Numbered from the stretch's first letter, positions 16,977-25,654 are shown. The stretch is DNA of 34,748 nucleotides from an uncultured Clostridiaceae bacterium (GCA_958417695.1 CATZDQ010000001.1:1-34748), one strand, 5' to 3'. Program-made: numbers and translations. Notes: generated by a model from the sequence alone, not told the origin.

Positions 16977-17309
16977 CTAACGTAGTGATTGACGATAAAC
17001 CGTTTCTGCTAAATGATAAATTAACTTTTGGTCTTTGGAAGAACAACGACTTAATAAATCATTAAATTCGGATTGTAAATAGTGAGCCGAATGATTAGAA
17101 ACACCATTTAAAATTTCTCCTTCTGTTACTTCTAATAAGCCGCAAATTTCAGAAAGTCTTTCAATATTTAAATGAATTTTTCCAGTTTCTACTTTGCTTA
17201 GGTAAGCAATAGAAACATTCATCTTTTCTGCTAATTGTTCTTGGGTGAGTCCTTTACTTTTTCTTGTCTGTTTAATTCTTTTTCCAATAATAGCAAAATC
17301 TACAGCCAT
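16977..17309 (-). CDS. XRE-family helix-turn-helix transcriptional regulator
   Basis: IGKRIKQTRKSKGLTQEQLAEKMNVSIAYLSKVETGK is a canonical HTH. Start set at ATG 17309, 6 nt from a GGAGA RBS; ATG 17315 abuts the RBS. Confidence 0.85.
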   Translation of the reverse strand: MAVDFAIIGKRIKQTRKSKGLTQEQLAEKMNVSIAYLSKVETGKIHLNIERLSEICGLLEVTEGEILNGVSNHSAHYLQSEFNDLLSRCSSKDQKLIYHLAETVYRQSLR

Positions 17310-17502
17310 GTACATTCTCCTTTCCTCTCTAGTAAATATAGCATGAATAAGTTTAATTTCACAGAAACAAATAGAGTAATTTCAACTAGTAATTCAATCA
17401 GAAAAGATAAACTTTTTATTTTTTAAGCTTTTTTAAGATAATCCTTTTAAATAGGGGTAGTTTATAAAAACAAATTAGAAAGACAAGGGAAAAGGAGAAA
17501 AA

Positions 17503-17717
17503 ATAGATTTAAAAGTAAATAAAAATAAACAGTTAGAAAGAAAAGTAGGAGAAGAAATTTATCTTCGTTATGCTATTCCTACACACTATATACAAATAGG
17601 AGAAGATTATTAGAACTCATGAGAAAATATGTATGGCCACATTATCAAGAAGGCGATACGGTGTCTATTAGTGAAAAGGTAATTGCCTTATGCCCAAAAA
17701 GAGTAATTTATAAATAG
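17503..17717 (+). pseudogene. Decayed gene fragment resembling the N-terminus of CofE-like (F420-0:gamma-glutamyl ligase family) proteins
   Basis: AGGAG RBS followed by ATA instead of ATG. IDLKVNKNKQLERKVGEEIYLRYAIPTHYIQIGEDY is followed by TAG, then a shifted frame gives LELMRKYVWPHYQEGDTVSISEKVIALCPKRVIYK and another TAG. The rest of the gene is absent. The family assignment is from memory. Confidence 0.4.
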
Positions 17718-17931
17718 GTATATCAGCAACTTGTAGTGTCTTATTAGAAAAAGCAGAAGAGGTAGTGGCTGTAGTGCAAATTACACAAAATACAAGTAGT
17801 AACAATCGTTCTTCTAATTTCTCACAAAAGGGGTTACAAGCAGGTGGCTTCTCTAGAAAGACAGTTGACAAAAATTAGAGGATAGGATATATTAAAAAAA
17901 AGGCCTATAAAAGTGCTTTTAGAGGGGGAAA

Positions 17932-18435
17932 ATGATGAGTAAAAATGGAAAAAGTAGGATAGTCATTTGGGGTATGTTTTTTATCATTTTGATTGTGGGA
18001 ATCATGATTGTTTATAGCCAGGTTAATTCTACAAATGTAAAGAATGAAAGTTATATTACAAAAGGGGAAAATAAGGCAACTATAGATTTAAGCAAAGTAA
18101 AAAAGATAACGGTATCTTATTTAGAAGAACAGAAAAATTTGAGTGATACACAAAGAGAAGAATTCATAAAAGCATTGCAAGATTTTGAATATTCCATAAT
18201 TAAGGAAGAACTATTAATGGTATCTACAGATTATAAAGTAGAATTAGATAATGGTATTTACTTTACATTTGGTCAATTAGGAACAGAAGTTGCTATATAT
18301 GAAAATGATAAAAGAAAATTTACAACAACCATTCCACATCATATTCTAAATTTGGTAAGAAAAGTATTTTACCAAGAAGAACAAAAAGATAACGAAAATG
18401 CGACTATATTGCAAGAAAATCAATTAACTGTTTAG
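17932..18435 (+). CDS. Hypothetical signal-anchored protein
   Basis: GAGGGGG RBS, N-terminal TM segment (IVIWGMFFIILIVGIMIVY), no recognisable motif. Confidence 0.55.
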   Translation: MMSKNGKSRIVIWGMFFIILIVGIMIVYSQVNSTNVKNESYITKGENKATIDLSKVKKITVSYLEEQKNLSDTQREEFIKALQDFEYSIIKEELLMVSTDYKVELDNGIYFTFGQLGTEVAIYENDKRKFTTTIPHHILNLVRKVFYQEEQKDNENATILQENQLTV

Positions 18436-18475
18436 TAATTAAAATTAAAAAAATATAGATATATCTGTTTTAGGA

Positions 18476-18521
18476 GAAAGAACTTACTTATGATAATGCA
18501 CAATATAAGTAAGTTCTTTTC
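18476..18521. terminator. Bidirectional terminator hairpin
   Basis: aaagaacttactta / taagtaagttcttt form a 14-bp perfect stem with a 15-nt loop. T-runs are available on both strands. Confidence 0.7.
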
Positions 18522-18676
18522 TATAAAATCTTTTAAATCTTCTCTTTTTAAGTTATATTTAAGATGAAGTAACTATACTTAGATTTATAAAATAAAAAAG
18601 AATAAAAAAATAAAAATTTTGAAGAATGAGCCAAAAGGGATGAAAGTAATCATTCGTATCTAAAGAAAAATAAATT

Positions 18677-18719
18677 AAAAAAGTAAAGAAGAGAAGATAG
18701 TCATTATTTTCTCTTCTTT
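18677..18719 (-). terminator. Terminator of the radical-SAM/DUF4130 operon
   Basis: aaagaagagaa / ttctcttcttt form an 11-bp stem abutting the stop codon at 18720. T6 follows on the minus strand. Confidence 0.6.
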
Positions 18720-19478
18720 TTAAGGAGCTTCCACTAAATCTTGCCAATACTTTTTAGGCATATATTGCATTTGTAATCTAGCATTTTTTCTTTCAGGTAT
18801 AGCAATGGTTTTAAAAAAAGTTTTCCATAATTGCTGATAATACTTTTCTTCTTCTGTAATTGGTGGAATGACTAGCTGCGTAGAAGGTAAAATCTGATAT
18901 TGTTTTGTATCATAGACAAAACAGATTTCTCTATTTTTATCATGAATTAGAAAGTTTTGCATAGATAATCGTTTTACAAAGTGCTGCCCTAAATTTTCTA
19001 AAACATTATTATCAGGATGGATAGAGGCATAATACAAATTAGGACCGACTTCTTGAAAACGAAGTAATCCTTTTAAACGATGGGATTCTCCTAGCATACG
19101 TTTGCGAAGCGCTTGTACGGTAAAGACATAGTCTAAAGATAACATGGTATCTATTTTAGGACCAATTTTAAAACCATGTAGTAAGTATTGTAAAATAGCC
19201 ATTTCTTTTTTAGAATCTTGTGCTAAAAAAGCATAATAATTCTGATATAAGGTATTGTAAGAAATATTTTGAACAATACCATGAAAAATACGCTCCGATT
19301 TTATAAAATCTGTAGATACTTGCTGAACTTGGTCTAATAAATTAGGTTGATAGTTAGCTTCTACTAAGATTTTTAAAGGGATAGTTTGAGAGAGATAACT
19401 ATTAAAAACAATTGTTAATAAACCTTCAAAACTGCCATCATATAGATAAGTTTGCGCATTACATTTTCCTAAAAACAT
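18720..19478 (-). CDS. Probable DNA metabolism protein (DUF4130 type), partner of the radical-SAM DNA repair protein
   Basis: The N-terminal YLYDGSFEGLLTIVF is the hallmark opening of this family. Lies 17 nt downstream of the radical-SAM gene. Confidence 0.7.
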   Translation of the reverse strand: MFLGKCNAQTYLYDGSFEGLLTIVFNSYLSQTIPLKILVEANYQPNLLDQVQQVSTDFIKSERIFHGIVQNISYNTLYQNYYAFLAQDSKKEMAILQYLLHGFKIGPKIDTMLSLDYVFTVQALRKRMLGESHRLKGLLRFQEVGPNLYYASIHPDNNVLENLGQHFVKRLSMQNFLIHDKNREICFVYDTKQYQILPSTQLVIPPITEEEKYYQQLWKTFFKTIAIPERKNARLQMQYMPKKYWQDLVEAP

Positions 19479-19495
19479 AGTAACAGTTCCTTTCT

Positions 19496-20794
19496 TTATA
19501 AACTACCGGTTAAACACTTTATGTGGTCATCTTTGGTTGGTAAAAGCTCATCAAATAGAGAAGTTTGCACATAGGGTAAGCCAGGTGTAGATAATCTTTC
19601 TGTAAATAATAAATTTTCCATAATAAAATTTTGAGTAAAATGACGTATAGAGTCATAGTATTTTCCATCACAAGTAATAAAATATCTAGCTCGCTTTAAT
19701 ACGATACCTAGCTTTTTTAAATTATCAAAGGTTAAGTGGAATGTTCTTCTAGCCATAACAATCCTTTTAGCAGAAGTAACGCCAATACCGGGAACCTTTA
19801 ATAAGGTAAAGTAATCTGCTTGATTAATCTCTACAGGAAATTTTTCTAGATGATGAAGAGCATAGTCACATTTGGGGTCTAATAGAGGATTAAAGTTTGG
19901 ATGGTTTTCGTCTAATAATTCATCTATATGAAATCCATAATAACGAAGAAGCCAATCGGCTTGGTAGAGTCTATTTTCTCGAAGCAAAGGAGGCTGTTTT
20001 AAAACCGGAAGATGGGTATCTTCATTAATCGATACATAAGCAGAATAGTATACACGTTTTAAATGCATTTTTTGGTAAAGACTTTCAGAAAGTTTCATAA
20101 TTTTAAAATCAGTTTCCGGTGTAGCACCTACCATTAATTGTGTGGTTTGCCCTGCTGGGACAAATTTCTCTTTATATTTAGACTTTTCTTGGGCAGAAAT
20201 AGCAATTTCTTTAGCAATATAATGCATAGGAGTGACAATGTCTGCTTTTTCTTTCTGAGGAGCTAATAATTTTAAACTTTCTTGTGAGGGAAGTTCAATA
20301 TTAATGCTGGTTCTATCGACTAAGGTACCTAATTTATGGATAAGTTCTATACTGCATCCAGGAATGGTTTTTACATGAATATAGCCATTAAAGTGATATT
20401 CATGCCTTAGAATAAAGATAGCTTCATATAGACGTTCCATCGTATAATCTGGATTTTTAATAACAGCAGAACTTAAAAAAAGCCCTTCAATATAATTACG
20501 TTTATAAAATTGAATGGTTAAATCAGCAATTTCTCTAGGTATAAAGGTAGCTCGTTTTACAGAATTGGTACAACGATTGATACAATATTTACAATCATAA
20601 ATGCAACAATTACTCATCAAGATTTTTAATAAAGAAATACAACGACCATCGGCACCCCAACTGTGGCAAATGCCAGAAACTTCACCATTTCCAATACCTC
20701 CTTTTACATTGGTACGTTTGCTTCCCGAAGAACTACAGGAGGCATCGTATTTTGCACTATCGGATAGGATTTTTAATTTATCTAATAATTCCAT
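19496..20794 (-). CDS. Putative DNA modification/repair radical SAM protein with a helix-hairpin-helix motif
   Basis: DSAKYDASCSSSG N-terminus, CIYDCKYC (CX3CX2C) cluster and LLKVPGIGVTSAKRIV HhH motif. Start set at ATG 20794 with an AAGAGG RBS; the track start 20824 is a TTG codon. Confidence 0.8.
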   Translation of the reverse strand: MELLDKLKILSDSAKYDASCSSSGSKRTNVKGGIGNGEVSGICHSWGADGRCISLLKILMSNCCIYDCKYCINRCTNSVKRATFIPREIADLTIQFYKRNYIEGLFLSSAVIKNPDYTMERLYEAIFILRHEYHFNGYIHVKTIPGCSIELIHKLGTLVDRTSINIELPSQESLKLLAPQKEKADIVTPMHYIAKEIAISAQEKSKYKEKFVPAGQTTQLMVGATPETDFKIMKLSESLYQKMHLKRVYYSAYVSINEDTHLPVLKQPPLLRENRLYQADWLLRYYGFHIDELLDENHPNFNPLLDPKCDYALHHLEKFPVEINQADYFTLLKVPGIGVTSAKRIVMARRTFHLTFDNLKKLGIVLKRARYFITCDGKYYDSIRHFTQNFIMENLLFTERLSTPGLPYVQTSLFDELLPTKDDHIKCLTGSL

Positions 20795-20822
20795 AATAAC
20801 CTCTTTATATATAATATCATAC

Positions 20823-20834
20823 AAACATGTGTTT
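20823..20834 (-). promoter_or_regulatory. AAAC-N4-GTTT palindrome overlapping the predicted transcription start (degenerate LexA/SOS-box-like)
   Basis: The minus strand reads AAACacatGTTT, beginning 6 nt after the -10 hexamer. The Gram-positive LexA box is GAAC-N4-GTTC. Confidence 0.3.
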
Positions 20835-20840
20835 AAAATA

Positions 20841-20869
20841 AATATACCATACTAAAAAGAAAATGTCAA
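20841..20869 (-). promoter_or_regulatory. Near-consensus sigma-A promoter of the radical-SAM operon
   Basis: On the minus strand: TTGACA, 17-nt spacer ending in TGg, TATATT. Confidence 0.6.
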
Positions 20870-20889
20870 ACAAAATTTCGTAAAAACTA

Positions 20890-20918
20890 TTGACTTTAAA
20901 ATCAATCTCTCTTATAAT
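20890..20918 (+). promoter_or_regulatory. Sigma-A promoter of the double-MazG gene
   Basis: TTGACT (20890-20895), 17-nt spacer, TATAAT (20913-20918). Confidence 0.6.
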
Positions 20919-20972
20919 GACCATAAAAAGGAATTTTAAAATAAGGAAAAAATAAGATTGAGGAGGTTTTTT

Positions 20973-21665
20973 ATGAGGTATACCTATCATAAATTAGTAA
21001 GAGATAAAGTACCAGAAAATATAAAACAAATGGGAAAAGATTGTTGTTATAAGATACTAGAAGATACAGAGTATACAAAAGAACTAGATAAGAAGTTAAT
21101 AGAAGAAGTAAGTGAGTGGACAGCAGAACATAGTGTAGAGGAAATGGCAGATATACTAGAAGTAATAGAGGCTATTCAAAAAAATGAAAAAATAGAAGAT
21201 ATACAATTAGAAGAAATAAAAGAAAATAAGAAACAAAAAAAAGGTGGTTTTGATAAGAAAATTTACTTAGAAGAAGTAGAGGAAAAACAGGAAATAAAAA
21301 TGGCTAAAGAAAATGAAGAACATAAACAAGAGGCTTTATGGAACTTTCTACAACCAGATAATTCTCTTAAGCAAATACAACAATATATTCAAAATGTTAA
21401 TACGCTAAGAGGCTTTGAGGACCAACCGATAGAAGAAAAGATGCTACTTTTGACAGAAGAGATAGGGGAGTTAGCAAAAGCCATTAGAAAGCATGCTACC
21501 CATATGGGGACAGATATTCATAAACAAGAACATTATGATTCTGTGGAGAGTGAAGTGTCTGATTGTTTGTATGTACTTACTTGTATATGTAATGGTCTAA
21601 AGATAGATATGTTCGAATGTTTAAAACAAAAGGAGAAGGAAAATATTTATAGAACTTGGAAATAG
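20973..21665 (+). CDS. Fused tandem MazG-type (all-alpha NTP pyrophosphohydrolase) protein
   Basis: N-terminal half: YHKLVRDKVPENI...EEVSEW...EEMADILEVIEAI...KKGGFDKKIYL. C-terminal half: LLLTEEIGELAKAIRK...ESEVSDCLYVL. AGGAGG RBS before ATG 20973. Confidence 0.7.
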   Translation: MRYTYHKLVRDKVPENIKQMGKDCCYKILEDTEYTKELDKKLIEEVSEWTAEHSVEEMADILEVIEAIQKNEKIEDIQLEEIKENKKQKKGGFDKKIYLEEVEEKQEIKMAKENEEHKQEALWNFLQPDNSLKQIQQYIQNVNTLRGFEDQPIEEKMLLLTEEIGELAKAIRKHATHMGTDIHKQEHYDSVESEVSDCLYVLTCICNGLKIDMFECLKQKEKENIYRTWK

Positions 21666-21706
21666 ATAGCAGATTTCTTAAACATTTATGAATATGGTCA
21701 TTTTAT

Positions 21707-21735
21707 TTGAAGTTTAGAAATACCTATGCTACAAT
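21707..21735 (+). promoter_or_regulatory. Sigma-A promoter with extended -10, for the P-type ATPase
   Basis: TTGAAG, 17-nt spacer ending in TGc, TACAAT. Confidence 0.5.
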
Positions 21736-21769
21736 ACCAATATCATTTAGAAAGAGGCGAAAGAAAGTT

Positions 21770-24160
21770 ATGTCAGAAAAGAAAAGGTATTGTCCAGATA
21801 TACAAATAGGATTAACCAGTAAACAAGTAGAACAGAGAAAAAAAGAACATCTTTTAAATTATGATACTTCTGTTCCAACTAAAAGTATCAAACAAATTTT
21901 AAAAGAGAATTTTATTACGTTATTCAATATAATAAACTTATTTTTAGCAATTGCTATTTTTGCAGTAGGCTCGTATAAAAATATGTTTTTTTTATTGATA
22001 GTTATCCTAAATACAGCCATTAGTACTTTTCAAGAAATTCACTCGAAGAGAATTATTGATAAATTAGCCGTACTTGCTAGCTCTAAAGTGACAGCTATTC
22101 GAGATGGAAAAAGACAAGAGATTGCAATTGACGAGATTGTATTAGATGATATATTAGTTTTTGAAACAGGAAATCAAATTGCAACCGATAGTTTTATAGA
22201 AGAGGGCGAAGTAGAAGTTGATGAATCGTTTATTACAGGAGAAACAGATACTTTATTAAAGAAAAAAGGAGATATGTTATTATCAGGAAGTTTCATTTCT
22301 AGTGGTACTTGTATAGCCAGAGTAGAACATATTGCAGAAGAGAATTATACAGCCCAAATCTCTAGTGGTGCAAAATATGTTAAAAAAGTAAAATCAGAAA
22401 TAATGGAATCTCTAAACAAAATTATTAAAGTATTATCTATAGCAATTGTACCAATTGGACTAATTTTATTTTGGAACCAAATGCATCTGCCAGATGCTAC
22501 ATTGCAAGAAGCGGTGGTAAAATCCGTAGCAGCCATCATTGGAATGATTCCAGAGGGGCTGGTATTATTAACTAGTACGGTTTTAGCAGTTAGTGTTATA
22601 CGATTATCTAAAAATAAAGTATTGGTACAAGAATTATATTGTATAGAAACATTAGCAAGAGTAGACACCCTTTGTTTAGACAAGACAGGGACATTAACAG
22701 AAGGAAAAATGGAAGTTAAGCAAATTGTTAGCTTCGAGGAAGAGTCTCAAAATATGCAGGAGATTTTAGCCAATATAGCGGTGGCATCAGAGGATAACAA
22801 TAGTACAATTAACGCATTAAGGGATTATTTTATAGAACCTTCTAACAAATGGACAAAAACAGCAGTTGTACCATTCTCGTCTAAAACCAAATGGTCAGGT
22901 ATTGGTTTTAAAGAGCAAGGTTCTTATGTAATGGGAGCACCAGAGTTTGTATTAAAGAAACAATGGAAAGATTATGAAGAAAGAATACAGCCATATACTA
23001 AGGACTATAGAGTGTTAGTAGTAGCACATACAAACGAAAACTTTGTGGAAAGAGAGCTTCCAGACAATTTACAAGTAATTGGTTTAGTTTGCATTATTGA
23101 TAAAATTAGAAAAGAAGCAAAAGAAACTTTGCAGTATTTTAAAGAACAAGGGGTTAGTATTAAAATTATATCTGGAGATAATCCTATAACCGTCTCTAAA
23201 ATTGCTAAATTAACAGGGGTAGAAGGTTATGAGAATTATATAGATATGTCCCAAGTAGAAGAAGCACAAATAAAAGAAATAGCTAGTCGTTATACCATCT
23301 TTGGAAGAGTATCACCACTACAAAAGAAATGGTTAGTAGAGGCCTTAAAAGAAAAAGGAAAGACTGTAGCCATGACAGGAGATGGCGTAAATGATGTATT
23401 GGCTTTAAAAGAGTCAGATTGCAGTATTGCTATGGCCAATGGCAGTGATGCTACGAAAAGTGTAGCACAATTAGTTTTACTAGATTCTAACTTTGCATCT
23501 ATGCCAAAAGTAGTAGCAGAGGGGAGAAGAACGATTAATAATATACAACGTTCTGCTTCTTTATTCTTAGTAAAAACCATTTATTCTAGTATATTGGCGG
23601 TATTATTCATTATCATAGGGGCAGAATATCCGTTTATGCCAATTCAGCTAAGTTTAATTAGTATTGTAGCTATTGGAATTCCATCTTTCCTATTAGCATT
23701 AGAGCCGAATAAGGAAAGAATTAGAGGCAACTTTATGAAAAATGTAATTAGTAAGGCCTTGCCAACAGCCTTAACGGTGATTATTGGGGTAGTTTCTTTA
23801 GGATTAGCTCATAAAATAGGAAAAGTACCAGATGAGATTTATTCTAGCTTATGTGTAATTACGACTGGGGTTGCAGGAATTCTATTATTATTTACTTTAG
23901 CAAGAAGTAGAAAAAGTGAACATAGTAATTTAATCGTTTCTCCTTTTAGATTTATCTTAAGCTTAGCAATGACATTATTATTTATGATAGGTTTAACAGG
24001 TTTAGATTGGTGGTTTTCTATAGCACCAATGGAAAGTATGTGGATGCAAATACCAATTATTGTAATAGTAGATATAATGAACTTTGTAGTTTTAAATTAT
24101 TTAGTTGGTAAATTGTTAAAAATAGAGAAAATACAAAATAGAAGAAAAAGAAAGAAGTAG
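21770..24160 (+). CDS. Cation-translocating P-type ATPase (P2/P3-like, PEGL type)
   Basis: TGE(T) actuator motif, IPEGLVLL in M4, DKTGTLT phosphorylation site and TGDGVNDVLAL hinge. Start set at ATG 21770. Confidence 0.9.
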   Translation: MSEKKRYCPDIQIGLTSKQVEQRKKEHLLNYDTSVPTKSIKQILKENFITLFNIINLFLAIAIFAVGSYKNMFFLLIVILNTAISTFQEIHSKRIIDKLAVLASSKVTAIRDGKRQEIAIDEIVLDDILVFETGNQIATDSFIEEGEVEVDESFITGETDTLLKKKGDMLLSGSFISSGTCIARVEHIAEENYTAQISSGAKYVKKVKSEIMESLNKIIKVLSIAIVPIGLILFWNQMHLPDATLQEAVVKSVAAIIGMIPEGLVLLTSTVLAVSVIRLSKNKVLVQELYCIETLARVDTLCLDKTGTLTEGKMEVKQIVSFEEESQNMQEILANIAVASEDNNSTINALRDYFIEPSNKWTKTAVVPFSSKTKWSGIGFKEQGSYVMGAPEFVLKKQWKDYEERIQPYTKDYRVLVVAHTNENFVERELPDNLQVIGLVCIIDKIRKEAKETLQYFKEQGVSIKIISGDNPITVSKIAKLTGVEGYENYIDMSQVEEAQIKEIASRYTIFGRVSPLQKKWLVEALKEKGKTVAMTGDGVNDVLALKESDCSIAMANGSDATKSVAQLVLLDSNFASMPKVVAEGRRTINNIQRSASLFLVKTIYSSILAVLFIIIGAEYPFMPIQLSLISIVAIGIPSFLLALEPNKERIRGNFMKNVISKALPTALTVIIGVVSLGLAHKIGKVPDEIYSSLCVITTGVAGILLLFTLARSRKSEHSNLIVSPFRFILSLAMTLLFMIGLTGLDWWFSIAPMESMWMQIPIIVIVDIMNFVVLNYLVGKLLKIEKIQNRRKRKK

Positions 24161-24187
24161 TATGTATTACATACAGCTTCTTTTTTT
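24153..24187. terminator. Terminator between convergent genes
   Basis: agaagtagtatgta / tacatacagcttct form an imperfect stem followed by TTTTTTT. Confidence 0.6.
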
Positions 24188-24202
24188 AGTAAGATTATAT
24201 AT

Positions 24203-24925
24203 TTAATAATTTCCATCTTTTACATAATGAAGTTCTCTTCCTGTTAAAACATTTTTTAAGAATATGGTATTGGTATTTTGAAGAAATTTAGTATCAGCTG
24301 TATTTTCTTTAAAGATTCCATATCCATTAGCAGAAATAACATAAATGTCTGTCGCTTCTTTTGTTAAAACTAATATATATTCTTCATCTATTTGTAATTC
24401 ATAATCAAATTCATTTATATATTGTAAAAAAGAGTTGTTTCTTTCTTCTTCTGAAAGTACATCAATTCCCATTTTCTTGCATTCTTCATTAGCTAGTTTT
24501 TCCATCATTCTAGAAATCCTAATATTCCCACCGTTTAAATAAACTATTTTGCTTCCTGATAAAGAATCTCCTGAAAGAGTCTCTATAATCTCTATTTCTA
24601 CTGGAGTATATGGTGTATAGGGATTAGAAAATTTTTCTTTTGCGTCTAACATAACGGCTTCTTTTATAGATTTTATTTTAGCTCTGACTACGGTATTATC
24701 TTTTACAATAACACTTGGATTACTAACATCTTTAGACCATTTATAATTACTTTTTATTGTCTAGTAAATATGACTTTCTGCCGTTTTTAAATCTTTTTTA
24801 GATGTTGCTATAATAACTTCTTTTTGCTCATCATCATTTAGGATATGGTAGCAAATAAGCACACCTATAATTAGTAAACTAGCTATCACAAGTAATATGA
24901 GACTTTTCTTCATTATACTTTTCAT
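24203..24925 (-). pseudogene. Signal-anchored hypothetical protein gene interrupted by one in-frame TAG
   Basis: AAGGAGG RBS and ATG 24925 give MKSIMKKSLILLVIASLLIIGVLIC...AESHIY, then TAG (24763-24761), then the same frame continues as TIKSNYKWSK...EAV and runs into the 149-aa ORF that starts at 24652. Confidence 0.6.
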
Positions 24926-24939
24926 ATCAATATTCCTCC

Positions 24940-25268
24940 TTAATAATTATATTTTTGTACTAATATATTGTTTGCATCTCTTGTCAAACCAACAATTGTC
25001 CAATCTCCAACTCCACCATACATAATACAACCTCTGTCATCATATATATCCTTTAATCCATATACATGTAACATTTCATGTAATACGGTGTTCATCCTAT
25101 AGTTAGTGCTAGCACCATCTAAATCGGTATCATTAAGATATATTTTTCCAAATAACCAATCTAATTGATTTTCTTGACCATTTGTTTTCTAGCAAATATA
25201 TTGGTTCTTGCTGAATAACCTTGGTTACTATTTTCTTGATAGAAATCTATTAAAGAAGTAAAACAGTT
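24940..25268 (-). pseudogene. Remnant of a small HExxH zinc metalloprotease gene (5'-truncated and frameshifted)
   Basis: The minus strand reads ..FTSLIDFYQENSNQGYSARTNIFARKQ, then a frameshift, then NGQENQLDWLFGKIYLNDTDLDGASTNYRMNTVLHEMLHVYGLKDIYDDRGCIMYGG...QKYNY-stop. No start codon or signal peptide remains. Confidence 0.55.
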
Positions 25269-25287
25269 CTAATACAACTTTCATGCG

Positions 25288-25295
25288 AATACAAT
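25288..25295 (+). promoter_or_regulatory. Sigma-E-type -10-like element upstream of spoIIID
   Basis: AATACAAT compared with the consensus CATACAaT, 34 nt before the start codon. spoIIID is sigma-E dependent in B. subtilis. Confidence 0.3.
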
Positions 25296-25328
25296 TAAAC
25301 AAATGCATTGACATGGAGGTTTTCTTAT

Positions 25329-25598
25329 ATGAAGGGTATTTCAATAGAAGAGCGTGCAATTCGTTTAGCACATTATATCATAGATTCAAAAGATACCGTA
25401 AGAGGCGCAGCAAAAAAGTTTGGCGTTAGTAAAAGTACTGTACATAAAGATTTAAGTGAACGAATTTTAAAGATAAATCCTGTGCTAGCAGCAGAGGTAA
25501 GAGTTATCTTAGATGAAAATAAGGCAGAAAGACACATAAGAGGTGGCATGGCTACAAAAATGAAATATAGTCATATAAATGAAGATAAAGTAGGCTAA
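25329..25598 (+). CDS. spoIIID: Stage III sporulation protein D (mother-cell transcription factor)
   Basis: IEERAIRLAHYIIDSKDTVRGAAKKFGVSKSTVHKDLSERL-like HTH plus AERHIRGGMAT. About 89 aa from ATG 25329, with a GGAGG RBS. Confidence 0.9.
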   Translation: MKGISIEERAIRLAHYIIDSKDTVRGAAKKFGVSKSTVHKDLSERILKINPVLAAEVRVILDENKAERHIRGGMATKMKYSHINEDKVG

Positions 25599-25602
25599 AT
25601 AA

Positions 25603-25640
25603 AAAGATAATCAAGCATATTAAAACTTGGTTATCTTTTT
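25603..25640 (+). terminator. Terminator after spoIIID
   Basis: aaagataatcaag / cttggttatcttt form a 13-bp stem with 1 mismatch, then TT. Confidence 0.55.
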
Positions 25641-25654
25641 AATTTAATATCAAA

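Noticed and set aside
10189-24763. The idea that the in-frame TAA (adhesin tail) and TAG (24761-24763) codons reflect stop-codon reassignment or pyrrolysine.
   Set aside because: Many well-conserved genes in the window, such as ldh, rpsF, ssb, pflB and yabG, terminate at TAA or TAG at the expected protein lengths. No pyl genes or PYLIS-like context is visible.
25228-25284. Short minus-strand ORF MKVVLELFYFFNRFLSRK, starting at 25284.
   Set aside because: It is 18 codons long with no RBS and lies within the eroded protease remnant. It is most likely fortuitous.
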